Shown here piece by piece: positions 9,869-20,569 of a stretch of 63,440 nt of DNA. Source of the DNA: an uncultured Planctomycetia bacterium. Its GTDB lineage: Bacteria > Omnitrophota > Gorgyraeia > JABMRG01. The notes under the pieces were generated by a model. The model did not search any database. It had not been told where the DNA came from and saw nothing but the letters and a program-made list of their open reading frames with translations. Every line of letters starts with the position of its first letter. The first letter of the stretch is position 1. The stretch is taken from positions 1 through 63,440 of the forward strand of contig CAZWMG010000011.1 in the NCBI GenBank assembly GCA_964634945.1, read 5' to 3'. The translations under genes were made by a program, and so were the position numbers.

Positions 9869-10304
9869 GCAGATAAATAATAAAAAGAATAATTATCGTA
9901 TAAACTGCCGCTATAATATCATCAAGCATAATACCTAACGAGCCTGAAAGTTTTTCCACTTTTCTTATCGGTGGGGGCTTTGCGACATCGAAAAATCTAA
10001 AAAATAAAAACCCAACTATAAGCATAAACCATCCGGGCTTTAAAAAGAGAGATACGAGGCACATCGATGCTATCTCATCTATAACGATCTTTTTGGAATC
10101 TTTCTTATTAAAAACCTTTTCCGCTTTTCCACAGACAAGAAAACCGATAATAAACAAGCATATTGTCACAAGTATAAAGATATCCGGATACTTATACAAA
10201 AAAAGATAGATCAGAACGCCCAGTAAACTGCCCATTGTCCCAGGCGCAACAGGTGAGTAACCAAGATATAATCCGCTAGCCATTATCCTGATAATAGCCT
10301 TCAT
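9831..10304 (-). CDS. pgpA: phosphatidylglycerophosphatase A
   Basis: 157-aa membrane ORF with PGTMGSL and a D..DD..AAVY-type PgpA signature. Adjacent to pgsA. Confidence 0.85.
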   Translation of the reverse strand: MKAIIRIMASGLYLGYSPVAPGTMGSLLGVLIYLFLYKYPDIFILVTICLFIIGFLVCGKAEKVFNKKDSKKIVIDEIASMCLVSLFLKPGWFMLIVGFLFFRFFDVAKPPPIRKVEKLSGSLGIMLDDIIAAVYTIIILFIIYLLSAVGIFPRFYV

Positions 10305-10873
10305 TTAAAAAGCCTTCTATTTTTAGAGATATACGACACGCCGGAGATAAGCGTTAAAATAACAGTAATAAGCATCAAGGCAAATATCAGGTTTTTCGTC
10401 AGTGCGTCAAGCTGCTCTGTCCAGAGGCCAGCGCCTTGAGCATACTGTTTTAGCACAAGATAGATCAGCACAAAAAAGACAGTAACGATTTGCGAGATAG
10501 TCTTATGTTTGCCCGCGCGGGACGCGGCGATAATATGCCCTTTTATAATGCCTAATATCCTCAAACCCAGTATTACAAATTCACGGAATATTATAATAAC
10601 AACACTCCACGCAGGGATAAGCTTCATCTCTACAAAAGCCAAAAATGCCGCGAGGATAAGTATCTTGTCTGCGATAGGATCCATAAACTTACCAAAATCC
10701 GAGATAAGCCCTCTGCTCTTAGCTATCCTTCCGTCTAAATAATCTGTAAAAGAGGCCAAAGCGAAAACAAAAAGAGCTGTTATCTTTCCATAGGGCCAGT
10801 ATGTGAATAAGAAAAACATAAATACAAACGTCAACGCGATGCGCAATAATGTAAGCTTATTCGGTAAGTTCAT
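10301..10873 (-). CDS. pgsA: CDP-diacylglycerol--glycerol-3-phosphate 3-phosphatidyltransferase
   Basis: CDP-alcohol phosphatidyltransferase motif DYLDGRIAKSRGLISDFGKFMDPIADK. Start moved to M12 (MNLPNKLTLLRI), which has AGGAGA upstream. Confidence 0.9.
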   Translation of the reverse strand: MNLPNKLTLLRIALTFVFMFFLFTYWPYGKITALFVFALASFTDYLDGRIAKSRGLISDFGKFMDPIADKILILAAFLAFVEMKLIPAWSVVIIIFREFVILGLRILGIIKGHIIAASRAGKHKTISQIVTVFFVLIYLVLKQYAQGAGLWTEQLDALTKNLIFALMLITVILTLISGVSYISKNRRLFK

Positions 10874-10914
10874 TATTTCTCCTATTCTTTCTTTAAGTGG
10901 GCACAAACGAAAAA

Positions 10915-12252
10915 CTATAAAGCCTTGCCGACTAGATCGTACTCCAAAGTATCTATTATCTCTATATCCACAAATTGCCCGGGCACTAAACTCTTTTTTG
11001 AATGAATGAAAACCGTACCATCTACCTCAGGGGCATCATATTGAGTGCGGCCCGCATAAACACCTTTCTCTGACTTTGACTCAACTAGCGCCTCTATTTT
11101 TTTGCCTTGAAAGCCCGCATTTACCTTTGTTGAAATATCTTGCTGCAAAGTCATAATATCATCAAGTCGCCTATCCTTAACTTTTCGTGTTATCTGATTT
11201 TTAAAGCCATAGGCCGGCGTGCCTTCCTCTCTTGAATATATAAACGCGCCAAGCCTCTCAAACTGAAAAGTCTTGATAAAATCCAGCAGTTCCCTAAAGT
11301 TTCCCTCTGTTTCAGAAGGAAACCCTACTATGATCGATGTCCTTAAAGCAACGCCAGGGATCCTACTTCTTATCTTTTTTATAAGCTTCTCTATCGCCTT
11401 ACGCTTTATCCTTCGATTCATTCTCGTTAAGATCTTGTCATTTATATGCTGTATCGGAAGATCTATATATTTGCATATAGAAGCCTCGCTTGCTATAGTA
11501 TCTATTAGCTCATCGGTAAAGTGACGCGGATGTGTATATAATAGCCTTATCCAGTGAGCTGGTTTTAAGTGACAAATTTTCTTTAGTAATTGAGGCAACA
11601 TAAACTTGCCATATCTGTCTATTCCGTATGAAGTAATATCCTGTGCTATAACATTGAGTTCGGACTTTTTTTTCTTAAGAGAAAGGGCCTTTATCTCTGA
11701 GATGATGGAAGATACGGGCCTACTCCTAAGTCTGCCGCGGATATTATATATCGCGCAATAGCTGCAATGGTTCTGGCAACCTTCCGCTATCTTAACATAA
11801 GAATAATAAGATGGCGTTAAGGCCAATCTAGGATCTTTATCGGAATGAATAGCAACAGGGATATCTATCGCTGTAAATCTTTCATTACGCAGTACAGCGC
11901 TTACAGCCTTAGAGATAACCTTAAAATCATCCACACCTAGGATCGCGTCGATTTCCGGAATATCATTCTTTAATTGCTCGCTATATCGCTGGGCAAGACA
12001 GCCGCAAACAATGAGTTTCTTTATGCGCTTTTCATTCTTAAGGCTTACCGCCTTTAAGATGATATCGATAGCCTCTCGCTTCGCGTCCTCAATAAAACCG
12101 CACGTATTGATTATCACTATATCAGATAAATCAGCGTCCTCTACTATAATAAATCCTTGGGACTTAAGCTTGCCTATTATAAGTTCTGAGTCTACCAGGT
12201 TGCGCGCGCACCCTAAACTTATAATAGCTATTCTTTCTTTTGTAGATCGCAT
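10915..12252 (-). CDS. rimO: ribosomal protein S12 methylthiotransferase (radical SAM, MiaB/RimO family)
   Basis: N-terminal ISLGCARN, a radical-SAM CxxxCxxC (CQNHCSYC) and a C-terminal TRAM-like segment. Confidence 0.85.
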   Translation of the reverse strand: MRSTKERIAIISLGCARNLVDSELIIGKLKSQGFIIVEDADLSDIVIINTCGFIEDAKREAIDIILKAVSLKNEKRIKKLIVCGCLAQRYSEQLKNDIPEIDAILGVDDFKVISKAVSAVLRNERFTAIDIPVAIHSDKDPRLALTPSYYSYVKIAEGCQNHCSYCAIYNIRGRLRSRPVSSIISEIKALSLKKKKSELNVIAQDITSYGIDRYGKFMLPQLLKKICHLKPAHWIRLLYTHPRHFTDELIDTIASEASICKYIDLPIQHINDKILTRMNRRIKRKAIEKLIKKIRSRIPGVALRTSIIVGFPSETEGNFRELLDFIKTFQFERLGAFIYSREEGTPAYGFKNQITRKVKDRRLDDIMTLQQDISTKVNAGFQGKKIEALVESKSEKGVYAGRTQYDAPEVDGTVFIHSKKSLVPGQFVDIEIIDTLEYDLVGKAL

Positions 12253-12335
12253 CCGCGTTCTCTTCTTTTTTTGTTATCACTTAGTCAAATATATTTTTCT
12301 TATCGCGAAAGAGTTAAAATCGTAAACCAATTAAT

Positions 12336-12360
12336 AAAAAATCGGAATCCAGGTTCCGAT
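12336..12360 (-). terminator. intrinsic terminator after rodZ (bidirectional shape)
   Basis: ATCGGAAT-CCAG-GTTCCGAT hairpin flanked by an A-run and a T-run. On the minus strand the stem is followed by TTTTTT. Confidence 0.7.
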
Positions 12361-12390
12361 TTTTAAGCCTCTTATTTCTTACTTTCATGT

Positions 12391-13209
12391 TTAATCCTGG
12401 ATACCTCGCCTATTAATAATAATACCCTTTTTAACGCCCGTGCCAGGTGAGCCAAGGTTGTGTCCATTTAATGTGATGTTCATTGCCGCCGCGTTACCTG
12501 TCCAGAGCTCAAAATTATCATCTGCCTGCCAGGACTCCTGTGAGCCCTTCTTCAGGACATTCTTGAGTATTATCTTAGCATCTTTTTTAAGTTCTACCCA
12601 TACATCCTCTGTGGTCGTTATCAAAAGAGTGAGTTTTTCATCTTCTGGAATCAGGATACCTTTCTGCGTATCCTTAGCATCTATTTTTGGCTTTTTGACA
12701 ACAACCTTTATCTCTTTTTTCTTAACAGGCTTTGCCTTATTTGCTAACTCTATCTGGCTTACCTGTAATCTCTGTTCTGAGCGAGCCTTACGCCAGCTCA
12801 AAAACTTAAATTTAGCCCAACCCGTTGTTTTAATAAAAATTATTAATAAAAAAACTATCAGTATGAATTTGAATACGAGCTTTGATATGTTAGCGATCTT
12901 ATTCATATCAATCCTGCGAACAGGAGCCTTCTTTTTATCAATAACCGGCTCAGGCTCGCTTAAACCCTTTTGCATGTTCACACTGGAATATTGATTTAAT
13001 ATATCTTCAGCATTAAGGCCAAGATAAGATGAATACTTTCTTAAAAAACTCCTTATATAAGTAGGATTGGAGATTTTCGCGAAATTATCCTCCTCCATAG
13101 CGGATAGCATATCCGGAAGAATTCTAGTATACTGGTAAGCGTCATCAAGGCTTAACCGCTTCTGCTCTCTTGCTTTTTTAAGCTGATTTCCTATAGTCAT
13201 TTTATCCAT
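12391..13209 (-). CDS. rodZ: RodZ-like cytoskeleton protein (HTH, TM segment, DUF4115-like C-domain)
   Basis: N-terminal XRE-type HTH (IGNQLKKAREQKRLSLDD), one TM segment and a C-terminal beta-rich domain. Start moved to ATG 13209, just after the ftsK stop. Confidence 0.7.
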   Translation of the reverse strand: MDKMTIGNQLKKAREQKRLSLDDAYQYTRILPDMLSAMEEDNFAKISNPTYIRSFLRKYSSYLGLNAEDILNQYSSVNMQKGLSEPEPVIDKKKAPVRRIDMNKIANISKLVFKFILIVFLLIIFIKTTGWAKFKFLSWRKARSEQRLQVSQIELANKAKPVKKKEIKVVVKKPKIDAKDTQKGILIPEDEKLTLLITTTEDVWVELKKDAKIILKNVLKKGSQESWQADDNFELWTGNAAAMNITLNGHNLGSPGTGVKKGIIINRRGIQD

Positions 13210-13210
13210 T

Positions 13211-15490
13211 TCAAACAGCCTCACCCGCTGTCTCATCCTGCTCTTGTTCTTGTTTTTCAATGCCTAAGTATTCTTCGCGGTCAACTAGTATCTTGCGGGG
13301 TTTTGAGCCGCAATAAGGCCCTATAAGAGATTCCTCTTCCATGCTGTCAATTATCCTGGCTGCCCGTGTATAGCTTAAACGTAGTCTTCTTTGAAGAATA
13401 GAGACCGATGCCTGACCTGACTCCATTATCAATTGAACCGCGTCATCAAAAAGCTCATCTTTATCACTACTTTTACCAAAACTCTTCTTTTCCTGTTGCT
13501 TGGATATACCTTCATCAAATTCCATACCTCTCTGCGAAGATATAAAATCCATTACCCTCTCTATCTCTTTATCAGAAACCAGGCTCGATTGAGCACGTGT
13601 AGGCTTTGAAACACTCGGCTCCATAAATAACATATCTCCTCTTCCTAGGAGCTTATCAGCGCCATTTGTGTCAAGTACCGTACGGGAATCGACCTTTGAA
13701 GCCACCTTAAACGATATCCTTGCGGGGAAATTCGCCTTTATAACACCTGTTATAACATCAACTGACGGTCTTTGTGTCGCGAGTATAATATGGATACCTA
13801 CCGCGCGTGAAAGCTGGGCAAGGCGTGTTATAGCGCTCTCTATCTCATTAGACGCAACAGCCATAAGATCCGCAAGTTCATCTATAACAAGGACTATATA
13901 TGGTAGTCCATCAGGTACATCAGGATCATCCTTAAACTGGCCTTCTTTTGCCTTTTGATTGAAGATAGCGATATTTCTTGATGTAACCTTAGCTAATATC
14001 TTATAGCGAGATTCCATCTCATTTACAAGCCAGCTTAGAGCGCCCGACGCCTTCTTCGCATTGGTAATTACAGGACATATAAGGTGAGGCAACCTGTTAA
14101 ACATTGTCATCTCAACCATCTTAGGATCTACAAGTATAAATTTAAGCTCATCCGGTGACGCGTTATAGAGCATACTGAGTATAATGCTATTTACGCAGAC
14201 AGTCTTTCCAGCGCCTGTTGTTCCCGCAATCAGCATATGAGGCATCTTTGCCAGGTCACATACAACAGGCACCCCTGCTGTATCCTTTCCAAGAGCAAGT
14301 GTTAATTTAGATTTTGCACCTTGAAATTCATTTGACATAAGCACCTCTCTTAGAAAAACTAAGGAGGCTGTGCTATTTGGAACCTCTACCCCGACTCGTG
14401 ATTTGCCTGGGATAGGGGCGATTATCCTGACAGACTGCGCCTTCATAGCCAAGGCGATATCATCGCTTAAAACAGTAATCTTGTTTACCTTTACACCGGG
14501 TGCCGGATCGAGTTCATACCTGGTAATTACGGGCCCCTTCTCAACCTGCGAGACTCTTACATCTATGCCAAAATCTCGAAGGGTCTCCTCCAATATTGCG
14601 GAAGATGCCGTAAGGTCCTCTTTCATCTGCCGCTCTTCGGTCGGTGGTGGCGCATCCAGAAGATCAAGAGAGGGGAACTTATACTCACCCACTGACTTTG
14701 GCTCTATCTTTGCACTCGCCTTCTCTTTTTCATCAGCGGATTGAGTATGCTTCTTATCTATCTTTATTTTTGGAGAGACTAACTGCTCAGGCTTGGGGCT
14801 TTCTAAAATTGTGGGGGTTTTTTTGAGCGGTTTTAATTGGGCCTTAGCCTCATTGGTATTCACCGCTGGTTTTTTAGGAATAAGTTTTTCAGTTCGGATC
14901 TTTACTGGTGGTGGCTTTTGGGCCTTAGCCAATGATCTCTTCTCCTTGCCCTCTTGGTATAGCTCATTTACTTTATTAACAAGGATACCCAGGAAAGGTA
15001 TTATTAAAAATTCAGTTGCCAGTAGAATAGATAGCATCATCAATGTAATAACAATTACATATGAACCTACTGTGCCAAAATACTTATCCAGCAAAGACGA
15101 CAAGAACATGCCGGAGACGCCGCCCGCCTTCATTCTGGCTATGCTATCTCCATTAAAAACAAGCGCCAAAAATGAGCTTGTCGCGAGAAAGAGTACCGCT
15201 GTTCCTGAAAACTTAATAAGTGATCGCTGAGGCTGCTGTGATGTAAACCTATCTATTGCCCAAACAAAGCACAAAAACGGTATGATATAGGCGCTCTGTC
15301 CAATAACAAAAAATAGTATAGCCCCGATATAAGCGCCTATGATACCGACAAAATTATGCAAATTTGCGTTTGCTGTGGAGGCAAAAAATTCAAGGTCAGT
15401 TGGCTCATATGTCATGAGGCTTACAAGGACAAGTATCGCTATCGCTATATAAACAAAACCTACTATTTCATTTATTCTCTGCTGTGTCAT
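13211..15490 (-). CDS. ftsK: DNA translocase FtsK
   Basis: N-terminal TM segments, a long linker, Walker A GTTGAGKT, Walker B LVIDELADL and a C-terminal gamma (winged-helix) domain. Start at M12 forms an ATGA overlap with the uppP stop. Confidence 0.94.
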   Translation of the reverse strand: MTQQRINEIVGFVYIAIAILVLVSLMTYEPTDLEFFASTANANLHNFVGIIGAYIGAILFFVIGQSAYIIPFLCFVWAIDRFTSQQPQRSLIKFSGTAVLFLATSSFLALVFNGDSIARMKAGGVSGMFLSSLLDKYFGTVGSYVIVITLMMLSILLATEFLIIPFLGILVNKVNELYQEGKEKRSLAKAQKPPPVKIRTEKLIPKKPAVNTNEAKAQLKPLKKTPTILESPKPEQLVSPKIKIDKKHTQSADEKEKASAKIEPKSVGEYKFPSLDLLDAPPPTEERQMKEDLTASSAILEETLRDFGIDVRVSQVEKGPVITRYELDPAPGVKVNKITVLSDDIALAMKAQSVRIIAPIPGKSRVGVEVPNSTASLVFLREVLMSNEFQGAKSKLTLALGKDTAGVPVVCDLAKMPHMLIAGTTGAGKTVCVNSIILSMLYNASPDELKFILVDPKMVEMTMFNRLPHLICPVITNAKKASGALSWLVNEMESRYKILAKVTSRNIAIFNQKAKEGQFKDDPDVPDGLPYIVLVIDELADLMAVASNEIESAITRLAQLSRAVGIHIILATQRPSVDVITGVIKANFPARISFKVASKVDSRTVLDTNGADKLLGRGDMLFMEPSVSKPTRAQSSLVSDKEIERVMDFISSQRGMEFDEGISKQQEKKSFGKSSDKDELFDDAVQLIMESGQASVSILQRRLRLSYTRAARIIDSMEEESLIGPYCGSKPRKILVDREEYLGIEKQEQEQDETAGEAV

Positions 15491-16245
15491 AAAGCTAAGA
15501 TTACCCCTCCGGCTACAATACAATAAAAGCCAAAAAACTTAAGGTTACTGTTAACAACACACTTTATCAATAAATATATAGCTCCAAGCCCAAAAATAAA
15601 GGCAAAGAAAGCGCCGATTAGCATATTGATTGTAATAGATGCACCACCTGCTGCGCTTGCAAGTTTTAATACCAAGGCACCTATGATCACAGGTATAGAC
15701 AATAAAAAAGAATATCTTATGGCTTGTGCCTTATCTACCTTTAGTAAGATCGCACTCGATATCGTTGAACCGCTTCTTGAGATACCCGGTATTATTGCGA
15801 TGCCCTGGACAATGCCGATAATAAGTGATTTGAACCATGTAAGGCCACTCATTGGCGCAGCAACATACTTGCGCCTACCTGCCCAGTCCGCTATAAATAA
15901 AAATAGCGCGGTAACTATAAGCATTATACCAACAAGCTTGATATCAGTAAAGAAAGATTCTAATGTATCTTTAAAATAGTAACCTATTAAAACAGTTGGA
16001 ATTGTGCCGATTATTATAAGTAATAACAGTTTACGCTGCATTGTAATCAGTTTTATTATATCACGCCAAAAGTAAACTACAACAGCAAAAAGCGTTCCCA
16101 TGTGTAAAAATAGATCGAAGAGTAATTGAGGCTCTTTAAAGCCAAAAAAATGGTGGAGAATTACAAGATGACCTGATGAACTTATCGGAAGAAATTCTGT
16201 TATACCCTGGACTATGCCAGATATTATCGCTTCAAGATATGACAT
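15487..16245 (-). CDS. uppP: undecaprenyl-diphosphate phosphatase
   Basis: BacA/UppP signature ITEFLPISSSGHL and a polytopic membrane profile. Confidence 0.92.
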   Translation of the reverse strand: MSYLEAIISGIVQGITEFLPISSSGHLVILHHFFGFKEPQLLFDLFLHMGTLFAVVVYFWRDIIKLITMQRKLLLLIIIGTIPTVLIGYYFKDTLESFFTDIKLVGIMLIVTALFLFIADWAGRRKYVAAPMSGLTWFKSLIIGIVQGIAIIPGISRSGSTISSAILLKVDKAQAIRYSFLLSIPVIIGALVLKLASAAGGASITINMLIGAFFAFIFGLGAIYLLIKCVVNSNLKFFGFYCIVAGGVILAL

Positions 16246-16336
16246 TTATAGTTCTACGCCTGCCCCGTTGCTCCGAAAGAGCTTTACGGGGTTCTATGTT
16301 GTGCGTTTTACGTTGAAACTGTTTCGAATGTTTCTT

Positions 16337-16786
16337 CTAAACCCCGGTATGTCCGAATCCGCCTTGCGCGCGAACTGTTTCATCAAGCTCATCAACGATA
16401 GCGATATCCGCCTGAATCACCTTCTGCAGTATTATCTGCGCTATACGGTCCGCTCTTTTTACTACAAATGGGTCCTTGCCATGATTTATCAGTATTATAC
16501 CTACAAGCCCTCTGTAATCGCTATCTATGGTTCCGGGGGCATTTACAATGCTTATGCCATGTTTTATCGCAAGCCCACTCCGGGGCCTTACCTGTACCTC
16601 ATATCCGACAGGTATGCTCATATAAAAACCCGCGGAGATAAGTTTGATATCTCCCGGAGCCAATGTAACCTCGTTATCTACATCAGCATAAAGATCCATC
16701 CCACTGGCGCCATCACTCATATAACAAGGCGTAGGAAGATCCTGACAGCCTTCTTTTTTCTTTATATTTATAGTTATCTTATCCAT
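16337..16786 (-). CDS. dut: dUTP diphosphatase
   Basis: Trimeric dUTPase motifs RPRSG and GTIDSDYRG. Confidence 0.93.
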   Translation of the reverse strand: MDKITINIKKKEGCQDLPTPCYMSDGASGMDLYADVDNEVTLAPGDIKLISAGFYMSIPVGYEVQVRPRSGLAIKHGISIVNAPGTIDSDYRGLVGIILINHGKDPFVVKRADRIAQIILQKVIQADIAIVDELDETVRAQGGFGHTGV

Positions 16787-16805
16787 GAGTTCATCCTATT
16801 TATGT

Positions 16806-18923
16806 TTACTCAGTCGGTTTATCATTCTCTGTATCGCTATCTTTGGACATAGCTTTCTTACGTGAAAGATTAAGCCTGCCCTGCTGATCTACCTCAACCA
16901 ATTTAACCTCGATCTTATCCCCTACCTGTACGACATCTTCAACATTCTTAACATATTCATCGGAAAGCTCCGAAACATGGCAAAGGCCTTCTTTACCCGG
17001 CAATATCTCACAAAACGCACCGAAATTCATAAGTTTTTTTACTGTTGCCTGATATATCTTGCCAACCTCGGGTTCCGCTACAATACTGGATATAATATCA
17101 AGTGCCTTCTGAAGGGCTTCACCATCGCTTGAAGCAACGCTGACAGTACCATCGTCATCGACATTGATACTAGCGCCCGTATCCGCTATAATCTGTTTTA
17201 TTACCTTGCCACCGGGACCTATAACATCGCGTATCTTATCTGTGCTTATCTTTAAGGTCTCTATTCTTGGCGCGTAATCTGATAAACCATTCCTTGGATC
17301 AGCGATTGCTTTCGCCATATTGCCTAATATGCTAAGGCGCGCGGTCTTTGCCGCTTGCATAGCCTGTTTTATTATCTCGAAGGTAATACCGGTCTTCAAT
17401 TTAATATCGACCTGTAATGCTGTTATTCCGTCAGTGGTTCCTGCCACCTTAAAATCCATATCCCCATAATGATCTTCAAGCCCGGCAATATCAGTAAGTA
17501 TCGCGAAATTATCACCCTCTTTTACAAGGCCTATCGCTATACCCGCGACCGGCTTCTTAACAGGGACACCCGCATCCATAAGCGCGAGAGAGCCTGCGCA
17601 TACCGAAGCCATGCTTGATGATCCATTAGACTCTAAGATGTCTGAGACTATACGGATAGTATATGGAAAATCATCCTTTGAAGGCAACATAGATCCAAGT
17701 GACCTTTCCGCTAAAGCGCCATGGCCTATCTCGCGCCTTCCTACGCCCCTTATAGGCCTTGCCTCTCCAACACTAAAGGGTGGAAAATTATAATGAAGCA
17801 TAAAACATTTTTTTGATTCACCTTCCAATGACTCTATAAACTGTTCATCAGAAGCAGTGCCCAAGGTAACTACAGACATTGATTGCGTCTGCCCTCTGGT
17901 AAATAGCGCTGAACCATGGGTGCGTGGCAATATGCCGACCTCGGATTCTATATTTCTTATCTCATCAGAAGCCCTTCCATCCACACGCTTCTTATCAGTT
18001 AGAATCATATCGCGCACAGTCATCTTCTCGATCTTATTAAGCGCCGCTATAACATCAGATGCGCTTATCTCGTTTTCATCAGTAACAAGCTTTTCAACAA
18101 GCTCCTTGGATAAGAGATCTGTCAGCTCCATCCTCTCTTCCTTAGTAGCTTTTGAGTTTATTTGAGCGAGTTTATCAGCAGATAATGTTTTTACCTCTGA
18201 TACAAGGCTTGAATCTATCTCATTAATGACAGCCTTCTGCTCTTGCTTAGCGCATTTATCCGCAAGATCTTTTTGCATCTTAATAATCTTCTTGCATTCG
18301 TTTGACGCAAGCTCAATAGCCTCCTGGAATACCTCTTCAGAGACCTCCTTAGCGCCGGATTCTATCATAATAACACCTTCTTCTGTAGCGCAGACTACTA
18401 TATCAAGATCAGACTCTTCCATCTCTACATATGTAGGGTTTACTATTAAATTGCCGTCTTTGCGCCCTATCCTTACAGCGCCTACAGGGCCGAGATAGGG
18501 AATACCCGCTATCGAAACAGCGCATGACGCCCCGATAACTGCAAGCGTATCCGGATCGTTTTCTCCATCGCTTGATACAACCATAGCCATGATCTGCACT
18601 TCATTGGTCATGCCTTCAGGGAATAGCGGCCTTAAGGGCCTATCAATAAGCCTGGATGTCAATATCTCTCGTTCCGTGGGCCGGCCTTCTCTCTTAAAAT
18701 ACCCGCCTGGGATCCTTCCTGCCGCATATGTCCTTTCACGATAATCTACCATAAGTGGAAAAAAATCTATCCCCTCTCTAGGGGTATTTGACATAACAAC
18801 GGTTACCAATACAACAGTCTCGCCACAAGATACTGTTACAGCACCGTCAGCCTGTTTCGCGAGTTTTCCCGTTTCAATCACTATCTCATTATTGCCGATC
18901 ATTGTCTTTACATTATTTACCAT
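16806..18923 (-). CDS. pnp: polyribonucleotide nucleotidyltransferase (PNPase)
   Basis: 705 aa with two RNase PH domains, GLEDHYGDMDFKVAGT and C-terminal KH and S1 domains. Confidence 0.96.
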   Translation of the reverse strand: MVNNVKTMIGNNEIVIETGKLAKQADGAVTVSCGETVVLVTVVMSNTPREGIDFFPLMVDYRERTYAAGRIPGGYFKREGRPTEREILTSRLIDRPLRPLFPEGMTNEVQIMAMVVSSDGENDPDTLAVIGASCAVSIAGIPYLGPVGAVRIGRKDGNLIVNPTYVEMEESDLDIVVCATEEGVIMIESGAKEVSEEVFQEAIELASNECKKIIKMQKDLADKCAKQEQKAVINEIDSSLVSEVKTLSADKLAQINSKATKEERMELTDLLSKELVEKLVTDENEISASDVIAALNKIEKMTVRDMILTDKKRVDGRASDEIRNIESEVGILPRTHGSALFTRGQTQSMSVVTLGTASDEQFIESLEGESKKCFMLHYNFPPFSVGEARPIRGVGRREIGHGALAERSLGSMLPSKDDFPYTIRIVSDILESNGSSSMASVCAGSLALMDAGVPVKKPVAGIAIGLVKEGDNFAILTDIAGLEDHYGDMDFKVAGTTDGITALQVDIKLKTGITFEIIKQAMQAAKTARLSILGNMAKAIADPRNGLSDYAPRIETLKISTDKIRDVIGPGGKVIKQIIADTGASINVDDDGTVSVASSDGEALQKALDIISSIVAEPEVGKIYQATVKKLMNFGAFCEILPGKEGLCHVSELSDEYVKNVEDVVQVGDKIEVKLVEVDQQGRLNLSRKKAMSKDSDTENDKPTE

Positions 18924-19010
18924 TTTTTCCTACCTTTCATTTCGTTTTAATCTTTATGTATCTTTATCTGTAATAAAAAATTATTCAAAAAAACCGTACA
19001 AACACTGGCA

Positions 19011-19058
19011 TAAAAAAACACTCCCCTGCTAAATAATAGATGTTGCATATAGAGGGGA
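19011..19058 (-). terminator. rpsO terminator / pnp leader hairpin
   Basis: On the minus strand, CTCCCCT...AGGGGAG is followed by TGTTTTTTTAT, between the rpsO stop and the pnp start. The loop is long (24 nt). Confidence 0.55.
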
Positions 19059-19092
19059 GCGCGCTCCAAATACAATCAAAATAAAATTAATA

Positions 19093-19368
19093 TTATTTTC
19101 TGATCTTTAATTTATCAGTAAGCTTGTTATACTCATCCATCGCGTGTTTCTTTAAGTATTTTAAAAGCTTTCTGCGTAAAGAGACCATCTTAAGGAGTCC
19201 TCGCCTTGAATGGTGGTCCTTTTTATGAGTCTTGAAATGCTCAGCTAGGCTATTGATCCTCTCGGTAAGGAGAGCGACCTGTACCTGTACAGAGCCTGTA
19301 TCTTTCTCATTGATCTTATTGTCATTAATAACCGCTTGTTTCTTATCAGTAGTAAGTGCCATGACCAA
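19093..19368 (-). CDS. rpsO: 30S ribosomal protein S15
   Basis: [16 protein letters not shown] signature. The start is either TTG 19368 or ATG 19362. Confidence 0.93.
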   Translation of the reverse strand: MVMALTTDKKQAVINDNKINEKDTGSVQVQVALLTERINSLAEHFKTHKKDHHSRRGLLKMVSLRRKLLKYLKKHAMDEYNKLTDKLKIRK

Positions 19369-19407
19369 ATCCTGTTTCTCCCTTCTCTTCTAGTTGAATG
19401 ATATTGG

Positions 19408-19436
19408 ATTATAACAGATAGCAATCTCTTTGTAAA
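19408..19436 (-). promoter_or_regulatory. sigma70-type promoter of rpsO
   Basis: On the minus strand: TTTACA, 17 bp, then TATAAT. Confidence 0.55.
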
Positions 19437-19479
19437 GGGAAATAATTTGCTTGGTTATATTAACTAAATATCGAAACCC

Positions 19480-20415
19480 CTAAAGAAGCCTTTTAGCTAT
19501 TAGAGAATCTTTCATAATCTGAGTACGAAGAATATCCTCATTCTCGAATTTTCTCTCAGGCCTTATCTTCTTTACAAAACTTACCTCTATATCTTTTCCG
19601 TAAAGGTCCTTATTGATTCCGAATATATGAGCCTCTATGCTTGGGTCTTTTTCGTTAAAGGTCGGTCTTGTGCCTATATTTAATACTGACTTATATGTAG
19701 ATTTACCTACTCTGGAATATACAGCATATACGCCGCTTGGCGGTATAGCTTCATGGTGTGGGTCAATATTCGCTGTCTTAAAACCTATGATTCTTCCTCT
19801 CTTCCTGCCATGGATTACTGTACCCAATACTGAAACAGGCCTGACTAGAAGTCTTGAAGCGATGCCTAGCTCGCCCTTCTCTATGAGATGACGTATAACA
19901 CTTGAACTTATCGCAGCTGATTTATAGCTCTTTGATCTTATAATCCTTACCTGAAATCCCAGTTTCTTTGATATGCTTCTTAGGCTCGCGGCATCTTTAA
20001 GGCGCTCTCTTCCAAATGAAAACTTATCTCCGATAACAAGTCTCTTCATATTCAATTTATCCACTAATAAATCTCTAAGGAATGACTCAGCGTCTTTTTC
20101 TATAAACTTTCTATTAAAATCTATAACAACGCATAACTCAACGCCAAGTTCTTCCAGAAGCCTTAGCCGATGCTGGAGCGAACTGAGCATAAGAACTCTG
20201 CCTCTCTGCTTGAGTAGTTTAGCTGGATGAGGGTCAAAGGTAATTACTACGGGCTTAAGATTATAAGCTTTAGCTTCTTTAAGCAGCTCGGTTATAATTT
20301 TCTTATGCCCTATATGAACACCATCAAAGACACCGACAGTTATTACTGATGGCGCAAACTTGCCCTTTAACTTTTTAATACCATATACTGTCTTCATAGA
20401 TTTAGTGCCTCGCAT
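19480..20415 (-). CDS. ribF: bifunctional riboflavin kinase / FMN adenylyltransferase
   Basis: N-terminal GVFDGVHIGH nucleotidyltransferase motif and a C-terminal riboflavin-kinase domain (GFKTANI). Confidence 0.92.
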   Translation of the reverse strand: MRGTKSMKTVYGIKKLKGKFAPSVITVGVFDGVHIGHKKIITELLKEAKAYNLKPVVITFDPHPAKLLKQRGRVLMLSSLQHRLRLLEELGVELCVVIDFNRKFIEKDAESFLRDLLVDKLNMKRLVIGDKFSFGRERLKDAASLRSISKKLGFQVRIIRSKSYKSAAISSSVIRHLIEKGELGIASRLLVRPVSVLGTVIHGRKRGRIIGFKTANIDPHHEAIPPSGVYAVYSRVGKSTYKSVLNIGTRPTFNEKDPSIEAHIFGINKDLYGKDIEVSFVKKIRPERKFENEDILRTQIMKDSLIAKRLL

Positions 20416-20462
20416 AGCTATTCCTGATATTCAATTTTATGTTATAGGTTATCCACTAGGCG

Positions 20463-20542
20463 CCAAAGATATACTTATCAGGGACACTGTCCTGATTAAA
20501 AATTAAACACTGTCCCGAGCAATCTGGTAACTATTTCGGTTT
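20463..20542 (+). repeat. 80-bp direct repeat DR1 flanking structured element A
   Basis: 71 of 80 positions are identical to 20791-20870. Contains the near-perfect palindrome ATCAGGGACACTGTCCTGAT and two ACACTGTCC boxes. Confidence 0.85.
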
Positions 20543-20569
20543 TTCTATGCCGATATAACAAGCTCTTAC